NCBI GenBank assembly: GCA_964016885.1 | Contig: OZ024744.1 | Span: forward strand, 11,966,001 to 12,030,000 | Direction of reading: 5' to 3' | DNA length: 64,000 nucleotides | Origin: Eledone cirrhosa | Lineage: Eukaryota | In this document: positions 40,720 to 52,984 of the stretch, piece by piece | How positions within the stretch are numbered: the first letter of the stretch is position 1 | Layout: the number at the start of each line of letters is the position of its first letter | Made by a program: the position numbers and the translations under genes | Notes under the pieces: model-generated | Told to the model about the DNA's origin: nothing | Database searches by the model: none | The model's input: the letters and a program-made list of their open reading frames with translations, nothing else

Positions 40720-43700
40720 GTGTACATAACACACAGGGAGCCTGAGAGTAGGAGGTGTGCCAATGTTCTGCGACGGGAAGATCAGAGATGTGAGGTGTTC
40801 CGCATTGCAAGGCAGTGTGTCAGTGTAAATCAGGATGTTGTTGGAGATAATGTATCCGCAATGATGCCAGTGTTACTGATACTCAGAAAAAGAAGGCCTG
40901 GAAATGTCTTTATGAGAGACTGATGAATGTTGAGAATGAATGGGAGAGAAACTACCCCCAGTAGACCCAACAGTGGGATCAGCTATTGAGATTGATGAAT
41001 ATAGGGTACAAGCGGCAATTAAGGAAATGAAAATTGGTAAGGCTGCTGGACCATCGGGGATAGTTGCTGAGATGCTGAAGGCATAAGGGGACGTAGGCAC
41101 TCAATTGGTTGCATGCATCTTCATACCCAAAGAGTGGTGCAGCAGTATCCTCATAAATTGCTACAAAGGTAAAGGGGATGCTCTGGAGAGGAGCAATTAT
41201 AGGGGCATAAAACTGATGGATCAGGTTATGAAAGTGGCAGAGAGAATATTAGCACAACTAATTAGAGAAGGAGTCAAACTAGATGAGATGCAGTTTCGTT
41301 TTGTGCCTCGGAAAAGTACAACAGATGCCCTCTTCTTAGTGAGGCAACTACAAGAGAAGTTCTTAGAGAAGAATAAGCCACTATACTTAGCTTTTGTTGA
41401 CCTAGAGAAGGCCTTTGATAGAGTACCTCGATCTGTCATCTGGTAGTTCCTAAGGAAACTAGGTGTAGAGGAATGGCTTATGAGGACAGTGCAAACTATG
41501 TACAGGGGTGTTGTCAGTAAAGTGAGGGTAGGAATGGAGTTTAGTGAGGAATTCCAGATACAAGTAGGTGTACATCAGGTTCGGGCCTCAGTCCACTATT
41601 GTTCATTATAGTTCTCCAAGCCATTACAGAGGACTTTAAAACTGGCTGCCCATGGGAACTTCTCTATGCTGACAATCTGGTTCTTATAGCAGAATCAGTA
41701 GAGGAGCTAGAGAATAAATTCCAGCTGAGGAAACAACAGAATCAAACTCTATAGAATATACACAATGCAGATCTTGGTTACACAAGAGGTGTAGTGGGAT
41801 AGCAGGCAATCTAACAGGAAAGGAAAACTTTGTATGTAGTAGATATTCAGGGAAAATTGATAGTAGAAGTGTCAGTGATAAACACATTTTTCAAATGCAA
41901 GTAAGATCTATAAAGGTGGTTGATAGCTTCTGATATCTAGGTGATCAAATTAGCAAGGGAGACCTGGGCACTGTGCAGGGAGGACCTGCATAGACTGGAA
42001 CTGAATGAAGCCTCCATGCTCCAATAGATGTGTAATAATAATATATGCGAATAGTGAAGCATAAAGGAACTGCAAGTGAAATTAGGCATAAGAGGGATCA
42101 GATGCAGTGTGCAGGAGAGGGAATTACATTGGTATGGAGTGCTCAAAGTTGATGGTAGCCATGGAGTATGTCGGCCTAGGAAGACTTAGGATAAGGTAAA
42201 AAAAGCTGATTTTGCTCAATTACACTTCACTAAGGCGAAGACAAGACCATGAACTCTGGCGCTATACATTATTACAGAAGACCCACCCTCCCATATGCTC
42301 GAGCTGAGGCATATATCTAGTAGACAACACCTTCCCTACCATCTCCTTCCCATACACCTCCCTTACTGTAATCACCCCACCCCTACACCTATGTCCCCAA
42401 TTCCCCAGGCTTCTTTCCCACCCCATCCATGTCCCCAACCCTCACCCATACCCACCCCCACCTTCACCATTAAAGTTGTTTACCTGGAGCCTCTACATTA
42501 TGTTCCCAGCCCTCGCTATAAAGTCATGAAGGTGTCATGACAAAAAGCACCAAGTCCACATTGTAAAGTGGTCATGAAGGTGTCATGACAAAAAGCACCA
42601 AGTCCACATTGTAAAGTGGTCATGAAGGTGTCATGACAAAAAGCACCAAGTCCACACTGTAAAGTGGTCATGAAGGTGTCATGACAAAATCACCCTGTCC
42701 ACACTGTAAAGTGGTCATGTAGGTGTCACAACAAAAAGTACCCAGTCCACACTGTAAAGTGGTCATGTAGGTGTCACAACAAAAAGTACCCAGTCCACAC
42801 TGTAAAGTGGTCATGTAGGTGTCACAACAGAAAGTACCCTGTCCACACTGTAAAGTGGTCATGTAGGTGTCACAACAAAAAGTACCCAGTCCACACTGTA
42901 AAGTGGTCATGTAGGTGTCACAACAAAAAGCACCCTGTCCACACTGTAAAGTGGTCATGTAGGTGTCACAACAAAAAGTACCCAGTCCACACTGTAAAGT
43001 GGTCATGTAGGTGTCACAACAAAAAGCACCCAGTCCACACTGTAAAGTGGTCATGTAGGTGTCATGACAAAAGCACCCTGTCCACACTGTAAAGTGGTCA
43101 TGTAGGTGTCACAACAAAAAGTACCCATTCCACACTGTAAAGTGGTCATGTAGGTGTCACAACAAAAAGCACCCAGTACACACTGTAAAGTGGTCATGTA
43201 GGTGTCATGACAAAAGCACCCTGTCCACACTGTAAAGTGGTCATGTAAGTGTCATGACAAAAGCACCCAGTACACACTGTAAAGTGGTCATGTAGGTGTC
43301 ACAACAAAAAGTACCCAGTCCACACTGTAAAGTGGTCATGTAGGTGTCACAACAGAAAGTACCCAGTCCACACTGTAAAGTGGTCATGTAGGTGTCATGA
43401 CAAAAGTACCCAGTCCACACTGTAAAGTGGTCATGTAGGTGTCACAACAGAAAGTACCCAGTCCACACTGTAAAGTGGTCATGTAGGTGTCATGACAAAA
43501 GCACCCTGTCCACACTGTAAAGTGGTCATGTAAGTGTCATGACAAAAGCACCCTGTCCACACTGTAAAGTGGTCATGTAGGTGTCACAACAAAAAGTACC
43601 CAGTCCACACTGTAAAGTGGTCATGTAGGTGTCACAACAGAAAGTACCCAGTCCACACTGTAAAGTGGTCATGTAGGTGTCATGACAAAAGTACCCAGTC

Positions 43701-43908
43701 CACACTGTAAAGTGGTCATGTAGGTGTCATGACAAAAGCACCCTGTCCACACTGTAAATATGGTTGGCGTTAGGAAGGGCATCCAGCTGTAGAAAACAAA
43801 CCAAAATTAGTTCCGTGTGTGCAAATCAAGGTTCTCTGACATGATCTCTCACAAAGGGGCTGCCCTTCCTACCCATGCTAGCGTGGAAACTGGACATTAA
43901 ATGTTGAT
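40720..43908 (+). mobile_element. Decayed 5'-truncated RTE LINE related to 44436-48064, with expanded 3' UTR
   Basis: YKGKGDALERSNYRGIKLMDQVMKV..LAFVDLEKAFDRVPR. 3' end GTTAGGAAGGGCATCCAGCTGTAGAAA..CCCATGCTAGCGTGGAA. Confidence 0.85.
42517..43759. repeat. 48-bp minisatellite, ~26 units (ACACTGTAAAGTGGTCATGTAGGTGTCACAACAAAAAGTACCCAGTCC)
   Basis: Directly visible; gives the 16-aa periodicity of ORF 42668-43087. Confidence 0.95.
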
Positions 43909-43915
43909 GGTATGT

Positions 43916-44100
43916 ATCATCATCATCGTTTAATGTCTTCCACGCTAGCATGGGTTGGATGGGTTTGTCCCATTTAGATGGAAGTTGGATCAGGTGACCA
44001 TGTCTCACTCATATAGGACTGTTTCTGGCTTGTTGGCCTTCCTAGTGCCAACCAGATTTACAGTGACTGCTGGGTGCTTTTTGTTGTGTCTTTTACACGA
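43916..44100 (-). mobile_element. RTE 3' end fragment, tail-to-tail with the previous copy
   Basis: (CAT)n followed by the reverse complement of CCCATGCTAGCGTGGAA..ACATTAAA. Confidence 0.65.
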
Positions 44101-44162
44101 CCACTTTACACACACACACACACATATATATAATGGGATATATATATATATCATGATAATGG

Positions 44163-44197
<35 letters not shown>

Positions 44198-44435
44198 TAG
44201 AAAGTGAGTTTTTTTTTACAAAATGAAAAATAACCGAGGTGAGTTGAGATGGAGGGTCTGTGGTTTTTCTCACATGAGAAAAACCACAGACTCTCCATCT
44301 CAACTCTACTTTTGAAAAGCAGAAGAACTGCGAAACCGGTAAAGGAACCAAATAAATATATATATTTTTTTAAAAAATAAGACTCCAGTTGCATTTTCGA
44401 TTTCATCTTTTTTTCTTTATATATATATATATATA

Positions 44436-47400
44436 CACCAATTCGACCAATCAAACCTAGCATGCCATTTCCACTGCTGCTGCTGCTACTACCTGCCTAA
44501 CTAACTCTCTCCTCCTCTGGCGCATCCCAACACACCCTGCCATTACCCCACCACCACTGTCCTTCTAGCCCTCAATTTTCCCACCGTTATGGATGGATGA
44601 GCTGGGAATACACGAGCAACTCTGAATCAATAGATGAAATATGAATCTGCGAGCTACCAAGCACCCACGTGAAGCGCCAACCCAGAGACCCTCCCCTACG
44701 AGTGTCGACAAATGCCCAAAACTCCGAGTTGGTACCATCAATGTAGGCTCAATGAAAGGAAGAGCAGGAGAAATCGTAGAAATGCTAGAGCGAAAGGAAG
44801 TTGATGTATGCTGTGTGCAAGAGACTAGATGGAGAGGAGGGTCTGCTAGAGTCCTTGTAGGAAAAAGCCAGTGCTACAAATTTTTCTGGGTGGGAAATGA
44901 CGATGGGATGGGTGGTGTAGGTATACTATTAGCTGACAAGTGGGTAGATAAAGTAATCTCAGTGTACAGGGTAAATGCAAGAATCATTAAACTCAGACTA
45001 GTCCTGAATAAGACAATTACCACAATAATATCAGCTTACGCACCCCAATCGGGGCTGCCAGACGAACTTAAGGATAGGTTTTACGAGTCCCTAATACACA
45101 CTACTGCTCTAACAGACGACAAGGACTTCCTAATCATTGCAGGAGATTTTAACGGACACGTAGGTAAACACTGCGACGGCTTCAATAGAGTACATGGAGG
45201 CCATGGAGTTGGCACAAGGAATGAGGAAGGATTCAGACTTCTAGAATTCTGCGACGCCAATGACATGTCGATATGTAACACAAACTTTAAAAAACCCGAC
45301 AACCACCTGATCACCTATAGATCAGGGGAGCACTCTAGTCAGTTAGATTTTATCCTCATCAGAGGACGTGACAGATGGACGGTCGTAAACACAAAAGCCT
45401 TCCCTAGTGAGGAATGTACATCCCAACATAGCTTAGTTGTCAGCGACCTCACGGTCAGAACTAGACGAGCCCTGAAACAGAGGCCAACCTGGAGAAGAAA
45501 GATCTGGAAGCTGAAAGTCCCCTCAACCAGTAACAGATTTAAAGATATTTTACTCAACGCCTACGACAGTAAAGAAGAACAGATAGAGACATTTAACGTA
45601 GAAGAGAACTGGGAGTTCCTAAAAAATAACTTACTAGAGGCGACGGATGAGGTTTGTGGCTGGAGTAAGACCTCAAGCAGGAGGAGAGTGACTTGGTGGT
45701 GGAACAATAAGGTAGATGAAGCAGTCAAGGCCAAGAGACAGGCATGGAAAGAATGGAAGAACGGGGGGAGCAGGGTACATTACATAGAGACCAAGAGGGA
45801 AGCTAGGCGACAAGTATACTTAGCTAGGAGGGAAGCAGAGGATAGAAAATTCAAGCATGTTTTACAACGTGAGGACCAGAAACAGGAGGTATTCAAGATT
45901 GCGAGGCAGTGTGTCAGAGATAGTTGTGATGTCATTGGAGAGAAGTGTATCCGGAATGATAAAGGTGAGCTTGCCCTCACAAGTGCTGAGAAGAAAGATG
46001 CATGGAAGAGTCATTATGATAGATTACTAAATGAGGAGAATGCATGGGAAGAAGAGACCCTACCCCACGTAGACCCTATAGAGGGACCAGCAGTACAAGT
46101 CAGCGGCAGCGTAGTAAGTAAGGCAATCAGAGATATGAAGATAGGGAAGGCAACCGGTCCATCGGGTATAGCTGCCGAGATGCTGAAGGCATCTGGGTCT
46201 GTAGGTCACACTATAACCACACGTATCGTTAACCAGGTAATACTAGAGGGGGCCATACCAAAAGATTGGTGCAGTAGCATCATTGTCAACTGCTACAAAG
46301 GTAAAGGCGATGCACTAGATAGAGGAAACTATAGAGGTATAAAGTTGATGGACCAGGTCATGAAAGTAACAGAAAGAGTTATAGCACAGCTGATTAGGGA
46401 CCGGGTGAATATAGACGAGATGCAATTTGGGTTTGTACCAGGGAAAGGCACCACTGATGCGCTCTTCCTTGTGAGGCAATTACAGGAAAAGTACCTAGCT
46501 AAAAGTAAGCCACTCTACTTGGCATTTGTCGACCTTGAGAAAGCCTTTGACAGAGTTCCACGTGCAGTAATCTGGTGGGCTCTTAGAAAACTAGGAGTAG
46601 ATGAATGGCTTGTGAAAGCGGTACAAGCCATGTATAGGGGAGCAGTCAGCAAAGTTAGGATTGGCAATGAGTATAGCGAGGAATTTAGCGTACAGGTTGG
46701 GGTCCACCAGGGCTCTGTTCTTAGCCCTCTCCTGTTCATCATAGTCCTGCAGGCAATAACGGAGGAGTTTAAGACCGGATGCCCATGGGAACTCCTGTAT
46801 GCTGATGACCTCGCACTCATAGCTGAATCTATGGTAGAACTAGAGAATAAATTCCAAACCTGGAAGCAGGGACTAGAGAGAAAGGGCCTCAAAGTCAACA
46901 TGACAAAGACTAAGGTCCTTATAAGTAGACGAGAAAACAGAACCCAGATCCCCTCAGGGAAATGGCCTTGCTCAGTATGTAGGAAAGGTGTAGGTAGGAA
47001 CTCCATTCTTTGCCCCAAATGCAAACAATGGGTACACAAGAGATGTAGCGGGATCTCAGGAAGCTTAATTAAGAATGTAGGATTCACATGCAGCAGCTGT
47101 GCTGAAACAGCAAGCAAACAGCCACAGGAAACAAGTACCACCAATCTCTGGGAGGGCCCTGTAGAAACAGTAGACAGCTTCTGCTACCTAGGTGACCGAA
47201 TTAGCAACGGAGGTGGGTGCTCAGAAAGTACAATAACTAGGGTAAGAACGGGATGGAAGAAGTTTAGGGAACTACTACCACTGCTAGCTGCAAAAGGCTT
47301 CTCCCTCAGAATGAAAGGCAGACTGTATGATGCGTGTATCCGAACAGCGATGTTGCATGGTAGTGAGACCTGGGCGCTGAAGGTGGAAGACTTACGAAGA

Positions 47401-48064
47401 TTAGAGAGAAACGAAGCCTGCATGCTCCGATGGATGTGTAACAGTAATATACGTGAACGACAAAGCATAAATGAATTGAGAGAGAGACTGAGCATAAGAG
47501 GAATCAAATGCTGCGTGCAGGAGAGGCGGTTACGCTGGTATGGACATGTGATGCGTATGAAGGATGACAGCTGCATAAAAAGGTGCAGAGCACTAGAAGT
47601 TGATGGAAACCGCGGAGTGGGGAGACCCAAGATGACTTGGGATGAGGTGATAAAAGCCGACCTTACCCAACTACACCTCTCAAAGTCAATGACACACGAC
47701 CGTGACTTCTGGCGTCACGCAGTAATACAGGGTACCCGACCTCCCATGGGTACATGCTGAAGCATATAAACAATATGCCCCCCCCCCCACCGCAAGGTGG
47801 TCGTGGAGGTGCCACGGCAAAAAAAAGCACCCAGCCCACACTGTAAAGTGGACGTGTAGGCGCCACGAAAAAGCACCCAGCACTCACTGTAAATGAGGTT
47901 GGTGTTAGGAAGGGCATCCAGCTGTAGAAATCAAGCCAGATCAGTTCCTGTATGAGCAAGGCATGGTCAGCCGACCAGACACTGCCCACAACAGGACAAC
48001 CCGTCTAACCCATGCTAGCGTGGAAGAACGGACGTAAAACGGTGATGATGATGATGATGATGAT
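44436..48064 (+). mobile_element. Full-length, apparently intact RTE LINE
   Basis: Single uninterrupted ORF, short 5' UTR, 3' UTR ending in (GAT)n at 48043-48064, and (TA)n on both flanks. Confidence 0.93.
44641..47760 (+). CDS. RTE LINE ORF: APE endonuclease, reverse transcriptase and PHD-like Cys-rich insert (1039 aa)
   Basis: APE motifs GTINVGS, CVQETRW, SAYAPQ, AGDFNGH, LDFIL, SQHSLV. RT motifs FVDLEKAFDRV, GVHQGSVLSPLLF, LYADDL. Insert CSVC..CPKC..HKRC..CSSC. C-terminus YLGD, LHGSETW, RLRWYGHV. Confidence 0.95.
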   Translation: MNLRATKHPREAPTQRPSPTSVDKCPKLRVGTINVGSMKGRAGEIVEMLERKEVDVCCVQETRWRGGSARVLVGKSQCYKFFWVGNDDGMGGVGILLADKWVDKVISVYRVNARIIKLRLVLNKTITTIISAYAPQSGLPDELKDRFYESLIHTTALTDDKDFLIIAGDFNGHVGKHCDGFNRVHGGHGVGTRNEEGFRLLEFCDANDMSICNTNFKKPDNHLITYRSGEHSSQLDFILIRGRDRWTVVNTKAFPSEECTSQHSLVVSDLTVRTRRALKQRPTWRRKIWKLKVPSTSNRFKDILLNAYDSKEEQIETFNVEENWEFLKNNLLEATDEVCGWSKTSSRRRVTWWWNNKVDEAVKAKRQAWKEWKNGGSRVHYIETKREARRQVYLARREAEDRKFKHVLQREDQKQEVFKIARQCVRDSCDVIGEKCIRNDKGELALTSAEKKDAWKSHYDRLLNEENAWEEETLPHVDPIEGPAVQVSGSVVSKAIRDMKIGKATGPSGIAAEMLKASGSVGHTITTRIVNQVILEGAIPKDWCSSIIVNCYKGKGDALDRGNYRGIKLMDQVMKVTERVIAQLIRDRVNIDEMQFGFVPGKGTTDALFLVRQLQEKYLAKSKPLYLAFVDLEKAFDRVPRAVIWWALRKLGVDEWLVKAVQAMYRGAVSKVRIGNEYSEEFSVQVGVHQGSVLSPLLFIIVLQAITEEFKTGCPWELLYADDLALIAESMVELENKFQTWKQGLERKGLKVNMTKTKVLISRRENRTQIPSGKWPCSVCRKGVGRNSILCPKCKQWVHKRCSGISGSLIKNVGFTCSSCAETASKQPQETSTTNLWEGPVETVDSFCYLGDRISNGGGCSESTITRVRTGWKKFRELLPLLAAKGFSLRMKGRLYDACIRTAMLHGSETWALKVEDLRRLERNEACMLRWMCNSNIRERQSINELRERLSIRGIKCCVQERRLRWYGHVMRMKDDSCIKRCRALEVDGNRGVGRPKMTWDEVIKADLTQLHLSKSMTHDRDFWRHAVIQGTRPPMGTC

Positions 48065-48103
48065 ATATATATATATATATATATTTGTATGTATATACAT
48101 ATA

Positions 48104-48975
48104 TCATCATCACCTCTGTCTTACGTCTATTTTCCACACTTCATTTCTTTCCAATCTGCACAATTCTTCTACAGACAGCGCCCAGGTCTTACTACCATGT
48201 AACATTGCTGTTCGTATACATGCATCATATAGTCTGCCCTTCATTTTGAGGGAAAAACCTTTTGTAGCTAACAGTAGCAATAGCTCCCTGAATTTCTTCC
48301 ATCCCGTTCTTACCCTAGTTATTGTACTTTCCAAACACCCACCTCCGCTGCTAATTCAGTCACCTAGGTAGCAGTAGCTATCTACTATTTCTACAGAGCC
48401 CTCCCAGAGTGTTGGTAGTGCTTGTTTCCTGTGGTCATTCACTGCTTACTGTCCCAGTGCAGCTGCTACATGTAAAGCTTACATTTCTAACTAAGCTTCC
48501 TGAGATATAATTACATCTCTTGTGTACCCATAGTTTGCAGAGGATGGAATTTCTACCTACACCTTTCCTACATACTGAGGAAGGCTATTTCCCCAAGGGG
48601 ATCTTGATTCTGTTCTCTTTTCTACTTACGAGAACCTTAGTCTTTGTCAGGTTGACTTTGAGACCATTTCTTTCTACTTCCTGCTTCCATATTTGGAATT
48701 TCTCCTCTAGTTCCACCATAGATTCAACTATAAGTGTAAGATCATCTATGTACAGAAGTTCCCATGGGCAGCCAGTCTTAAACTCCTCTGTTATAGCTTG
48801 CAATACTATAATGAACAAGAGAGGGCTAAAAACAGAGCCCTGGTGGACACCAACCTGTATGCTAAATTCCTCGCTATAGTGATTGTTAATCCTAACTTTG
48901 CTGACTGCTCCCCTATATATGGCTTGTACAGCCTTCACAAGCCACTCATCTACTCATAGTTTTCTATGATACCAC
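48104..48975 (-). mobile_element. Decayed RTE fragment in inverted, tail-to-tail orientation
   Basis: ORFs 48585-48938 and 48110-48334 match the RT and C-terminus of 44641-47760. An internal deletion joins the ORF directly to the (GAT)n 3' end. Confidence 0.88.
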
Positions 48976-49040
48976 AAGATATATATATATATATATATAA
49001 AATAACAAAATAAGATGCTGAGGTTACATATATCATTTAA

Positions 49041-49128
49041 TCATTATAATTATTTCCACGGTTCTCCATTCAATAAAGATGCCCTTCATGTATTTGCTGT
49101 TGATTATGAGAACGGTATCCTCAGATGA
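49041..49128 (-). ncRNA. Hammerhead ribozyme motif in the Penelope terminal repeat (left arm)
   Basis: Reverse complement of 52724-52811. Confidence 0.6.
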
Positions 49129-52100
49129 ATAACTGATATGTTTGATATTTTGCTGGCAGGAAAAAGCACACATCCTATTGCTTGTGTGCCCAGCAGACAT
49201 ATGAGTTCCTTGAAGGGTTTGCCAGCGATCGTGTTTGCTAAAAAAAAAGACACAGACTCCAGGTGTGCAGACAAGATATCCATAGTTCGCCTGGCGCTGG
49301 GGTTGTTGTGTAGCCACGCCCAACTCCCACGGTCAAGATTGCAAAAGAGTCCTCAGCTAGTACAACTATGTTGTTAGTCTGTACAGTGGGAGGAAGGTTC
49401 CAGATGATCTGTGGAGGGAGGTGCTGAAGAGGTTACTCCTTTTATTGATAACTCAAGCTCCCCTCTCGATTATTTCCATAATCTCGGTGACACACAAATC
49501 GCATGAGTCATGTCCACCCCCACTGTAGGGTTGGGTTGAGGTTACTTTGGACCATGACAAGTTGTATTCTAGGTTATCATGTTTGAGATGCCACACCAGT
49601 TCTGAGAGGGTGGTACTGTGTTTCTTATCAGCCCTCTTAAAGGTGTGGCAGTGAATGTACCAGCATTCCTTAAATTTATTAGCTGTGACTCCAATATAGG
49701 TGAAGGTTTGGTTGTTGGTATTCACCCTACATTCATATACTAAGCCATTGCTAAAGCACTTTCCCTCCAGGGGGCAGTTACTGGGGTTTCTACAATTACA
49801 GCCTGAAGGGGTGTTGCCGCCCGGATCTCCGGATTGCGTTGTATGATTCCCCGGTCTTTCATGGTTTAAGATGTTACCAACAGAGGAAGAGGTATTTGCG
49901 TGGTGTGCCTCCTCATGGTTGCCTGTTTCCTCTGGAGTTGCGGACGTTTTTCAATTTACTTCGGTTTAAGGCTTCTATATTTTACGCTAAGTTTCTAGTT
50001 GTGGAGTAGGTCATTTTAATAGCGTGCCTGTTGAAAATTGCGTGGTACCGCTGCTGCTTATGGAAGTGCTTATCCAAAGCCCTGACGAAAGAGGCCGCTA
50101 GGTTGTTGCGTAAACCGGCGCAGAAGGGGGAGGGTTTAAACCAAATGACATTACGGGAACGGGTTCGCTTCCAGTTGTAGTCACCAGTCCCTGTACCCAT
50201 TCCGTCAGAGTATGAGTTACGTAGTCACTCTGGACGTTTGGAAGAGCCATTTCCCCCAATTCGTTGTCCGTTGGGTTGGTTATGCCGATCGGAGTACACC
50301 GAACTGAGTAGTCTCCATTTGTAGTGAGGGAAGCGGTTTGTACCTTCCACGCTCATCCCTGGCCCACACATGTCCTCCATGGCTCCATCGCGTCAACTTC
50401 CTCATTTTCCAATGTAGACAAAGTCCGGTCCTTCATAAGCCATGGTTAGCAGTTCCTCCAGGATTTCTCTGCAGTGTGTTTGTCCCGTCGTTGTTTCCTT
50501 CCGATGTGTTACTGTCAGCGGTAACCTTATTCGTTAGACTGGGTATAAACCTAATTTTCTCCTTGTAACCAGCATTACTAAGGGCATTATTATAATAGCT
50601 AGCTATGCTATTGAAGGTTTCCTGGCTAGCTGACAGAGAAGAAATCCTGTGGGATACACTATTAACAATGGCCCTCTTGACTGACCCGGGATGGTTGGAG
50701 TTGGCATGTAGGTACTTGAGGCACTCATTTGGCTTGTGGTTCGGGTAGTAGAGGCCGGATTCTAGATTGAGGGTAACATCTAGGAAGTTGACTACCTTTC
50801 TATTATTTTCTATGTCTATGCTGAGGCTCAGGTTTTTGAAAAATTTAATTAAGCTCTTTCTAGTCCTACTTATCATGCTGTTGCTGTGGTTGAGTAGCGT
50901 AAACAATGCATCGTCGCGGTATATTCCAGCACCTAACGATGGGATCTTGCTTTTCAGGTTCCTGATGATGTAGAGGTCCACCAGGTCAGTAACCTGTGCC
51001 AAGTCGCTCGATCCCATCGTGATGTCAAAATTGTCTGGCCACTCTCTCCTAGTCCAGAGCTCACCCTCGAAACCTATCAGTGTCTTCCTGGCAGTATGAA
51101 TGATGTTAATTTCATCCCGGGTTAAATCTGGCTGCATGCAAACATAAGTGCCTTGTTAAGCACCACGGGGGAGATAGATGCATAATAATTACATATATCT
51201 AGCTGTATAAAATTTGTCCTACCTTTGCACTGCAGGCCTTTAAACCACTCTATCACTTGCCACATTCTGGACCATTGCTGTAATTTGATCTTTTTTAAAG
51301 TGTTGGTATGATTCTGTCCAGTATTCTTTTGCTTATACACCCAATGTCTGACCTTGATGGTACTATAAGTCTGACTGGGAGTTCAGTTCCGAAGTTCGGT
51401 TTGTGATCCTTCAGAAAGATACAGGGTTCTTTGAGTTGGTAAGGTCCGGTCCTATCCACAATGCTGAGTTTATTTACTATTCTATTAGTCCACTCGTTAA
51501 TGTCATCAAGGTTAGCCTGTGTAGTTTTCCTGTAATTCTTCCTAAGTTCCTTAAGTATTAGTTTTTTATAAGTTGCTGCGTCCATGTTGTAGAGGTTACC
51601 TGTTTTATCTGCATGAACGAGAATTCCGACCGAGCATTTTAGTGTAAAAATTCTATTCGCTAATTTCCTGAGGTGAGGCTGCTCCTTAGATGCACCCGTT
51701 CCCGTAATGTCATTTGGTTTAACACCTCCTCCCCCCTTCTGTGCCGATTTACGCAACAACTTAGCGGCTTCTTTCGTCAGGGCTTTGGATAAGCACTTCC
51801 ATAAGCAGCACCGGTACCATGCAATTTTCAACAGGCACACTATTAAATTGTCCTACTCCACAACTAGAAACCTAGCGTAAAATATAGAAGCCTTAAACCG
51901 AAGTAAATTGAAAAACGTCCGCAACTCCAGGGGAAACAGGCAACCATGAGGAGGCGCACCACGCAAATACCTCTTCCTCTGTTGGTAACATCTTAAACCG
52001 TGAAAGACCGGGGAATCATACAACGCAATCCGGAGATCCAGGTGGCAACACCCCCTCCAGGCTGTAATTGTAGAAACTCCAGTAACTGCCTCCTGGAGGG

Positions 52101-52723
52101 AAAGTGGCTTAGTATATGAATGTAGTGTGAATACCAACAACCAAACCTTCACCTATATTGGAGTCACAGCTAATAAATTTAAGGAATGCTGGTACATTCA
52201 CTGCCACACCTTTAAGAGGGCTGATAAGAAACACAGTACCACCCTCTCAGAACTGGTGTGGCTTCTCAAACATGATAACCTAGAATACAACTTGTCATGG
52301 TCCAAAGTAACCTCAACCCAACCCTACAGTGGGGGTGGACATGACTCATGCGATTTGTGTGTCACCGAGATTATGGAAATAATCGAGAGGGGAGCTCGAG
52401 TTAACAATAAAAGGAGTAACCTCTTCAGCACCTCCCTCCACAGATCATCTGGAACCTTCCTCCCACTGTACAGACTAACAACATAGTTGTACTAGCTGAG
52501 GACTCTTTTGCAATCTTGACCGTGGGAGTTGGGCGTGGCTACACAACAACCCCAGCGCCAGGCGAACTATGGATATCTTGTCTGCACACCTGGAGTCTGT
52601 GTCTTTTTTTTTAGCAAACACGATCGCTGGCAAACCCTTCAAGGAACTCATATGTCTGCTGGGCACACAAGCAATAGGATGTGTGTTTTTTCCTGCCAGC
52701 AACATATCAAACATATCAGTTAT

Positions 52724-52811
52724 TCATCTGAGGATACCGTTCTCATAATCAACAGCAAATACATGAAGGGCATCTTTATTGAATGGAGAACCGTGGAAAT
52801 AATTATAATGA
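52724..52811 (+). ncRNA. Hammerhead ribozyme motif in the Penelope terminal repeat (right arm)
   Basis: UCAU-CUGAGGA-[UACCGUUCUC..GAGAACCGUG long stem II]-GAA-AUAAUUAU-A^AUGA. Stem I is UCAU/AUGA and stem III is palindromic. Confidence 0.62.
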
Positions 52812-52984
52812 TTAAATGATATATGTAACCTCAGCATCTTATTTTGTAATTTTATAAAATTCTCCATCGTAACTAAAAACTACGATTCTTGAGAGCTTTC
52901 TTCTGCTTACTCCTGTTTTTACCAAAACAATCTTTTCTGAACATATAAATATATATATATGTGTGTGTGTGTGTATATCATAGC

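Larger units (their letters stand above)
48998..52855 (-). mobile_element. Penelope-like element (RT and GIY-YIG) with ~1.15 kb inverted terminal duplication
   Basis: RT pieces (HADKTGN, LKDHKP, LDICNYYASI, ITMGS, IYRDDAL, VNFLDVTL, YLHANSNHP) and GIY-YIG (YECRV..TYIGVT, CDLCVTE). 48998-50164 is the reverse complement of 51694-52855. (TA)n flanks. Confidence 0.9.

Noticed and set aside
42517-43759. 48-bp array as a CRISPR or coding repeat
   Set aside because: There are no spacers, and the unit traces to the RTE 3' UTR.
48998-52855. DNA transposon or Polinton with long TIRs; duplicated 96-aa and 79-aa ORFs as genes
   Set aside because: The interior is Penelope RT and the arms contain GIY-YIG. 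The small ORFs are chance frames duplicated with the arms.
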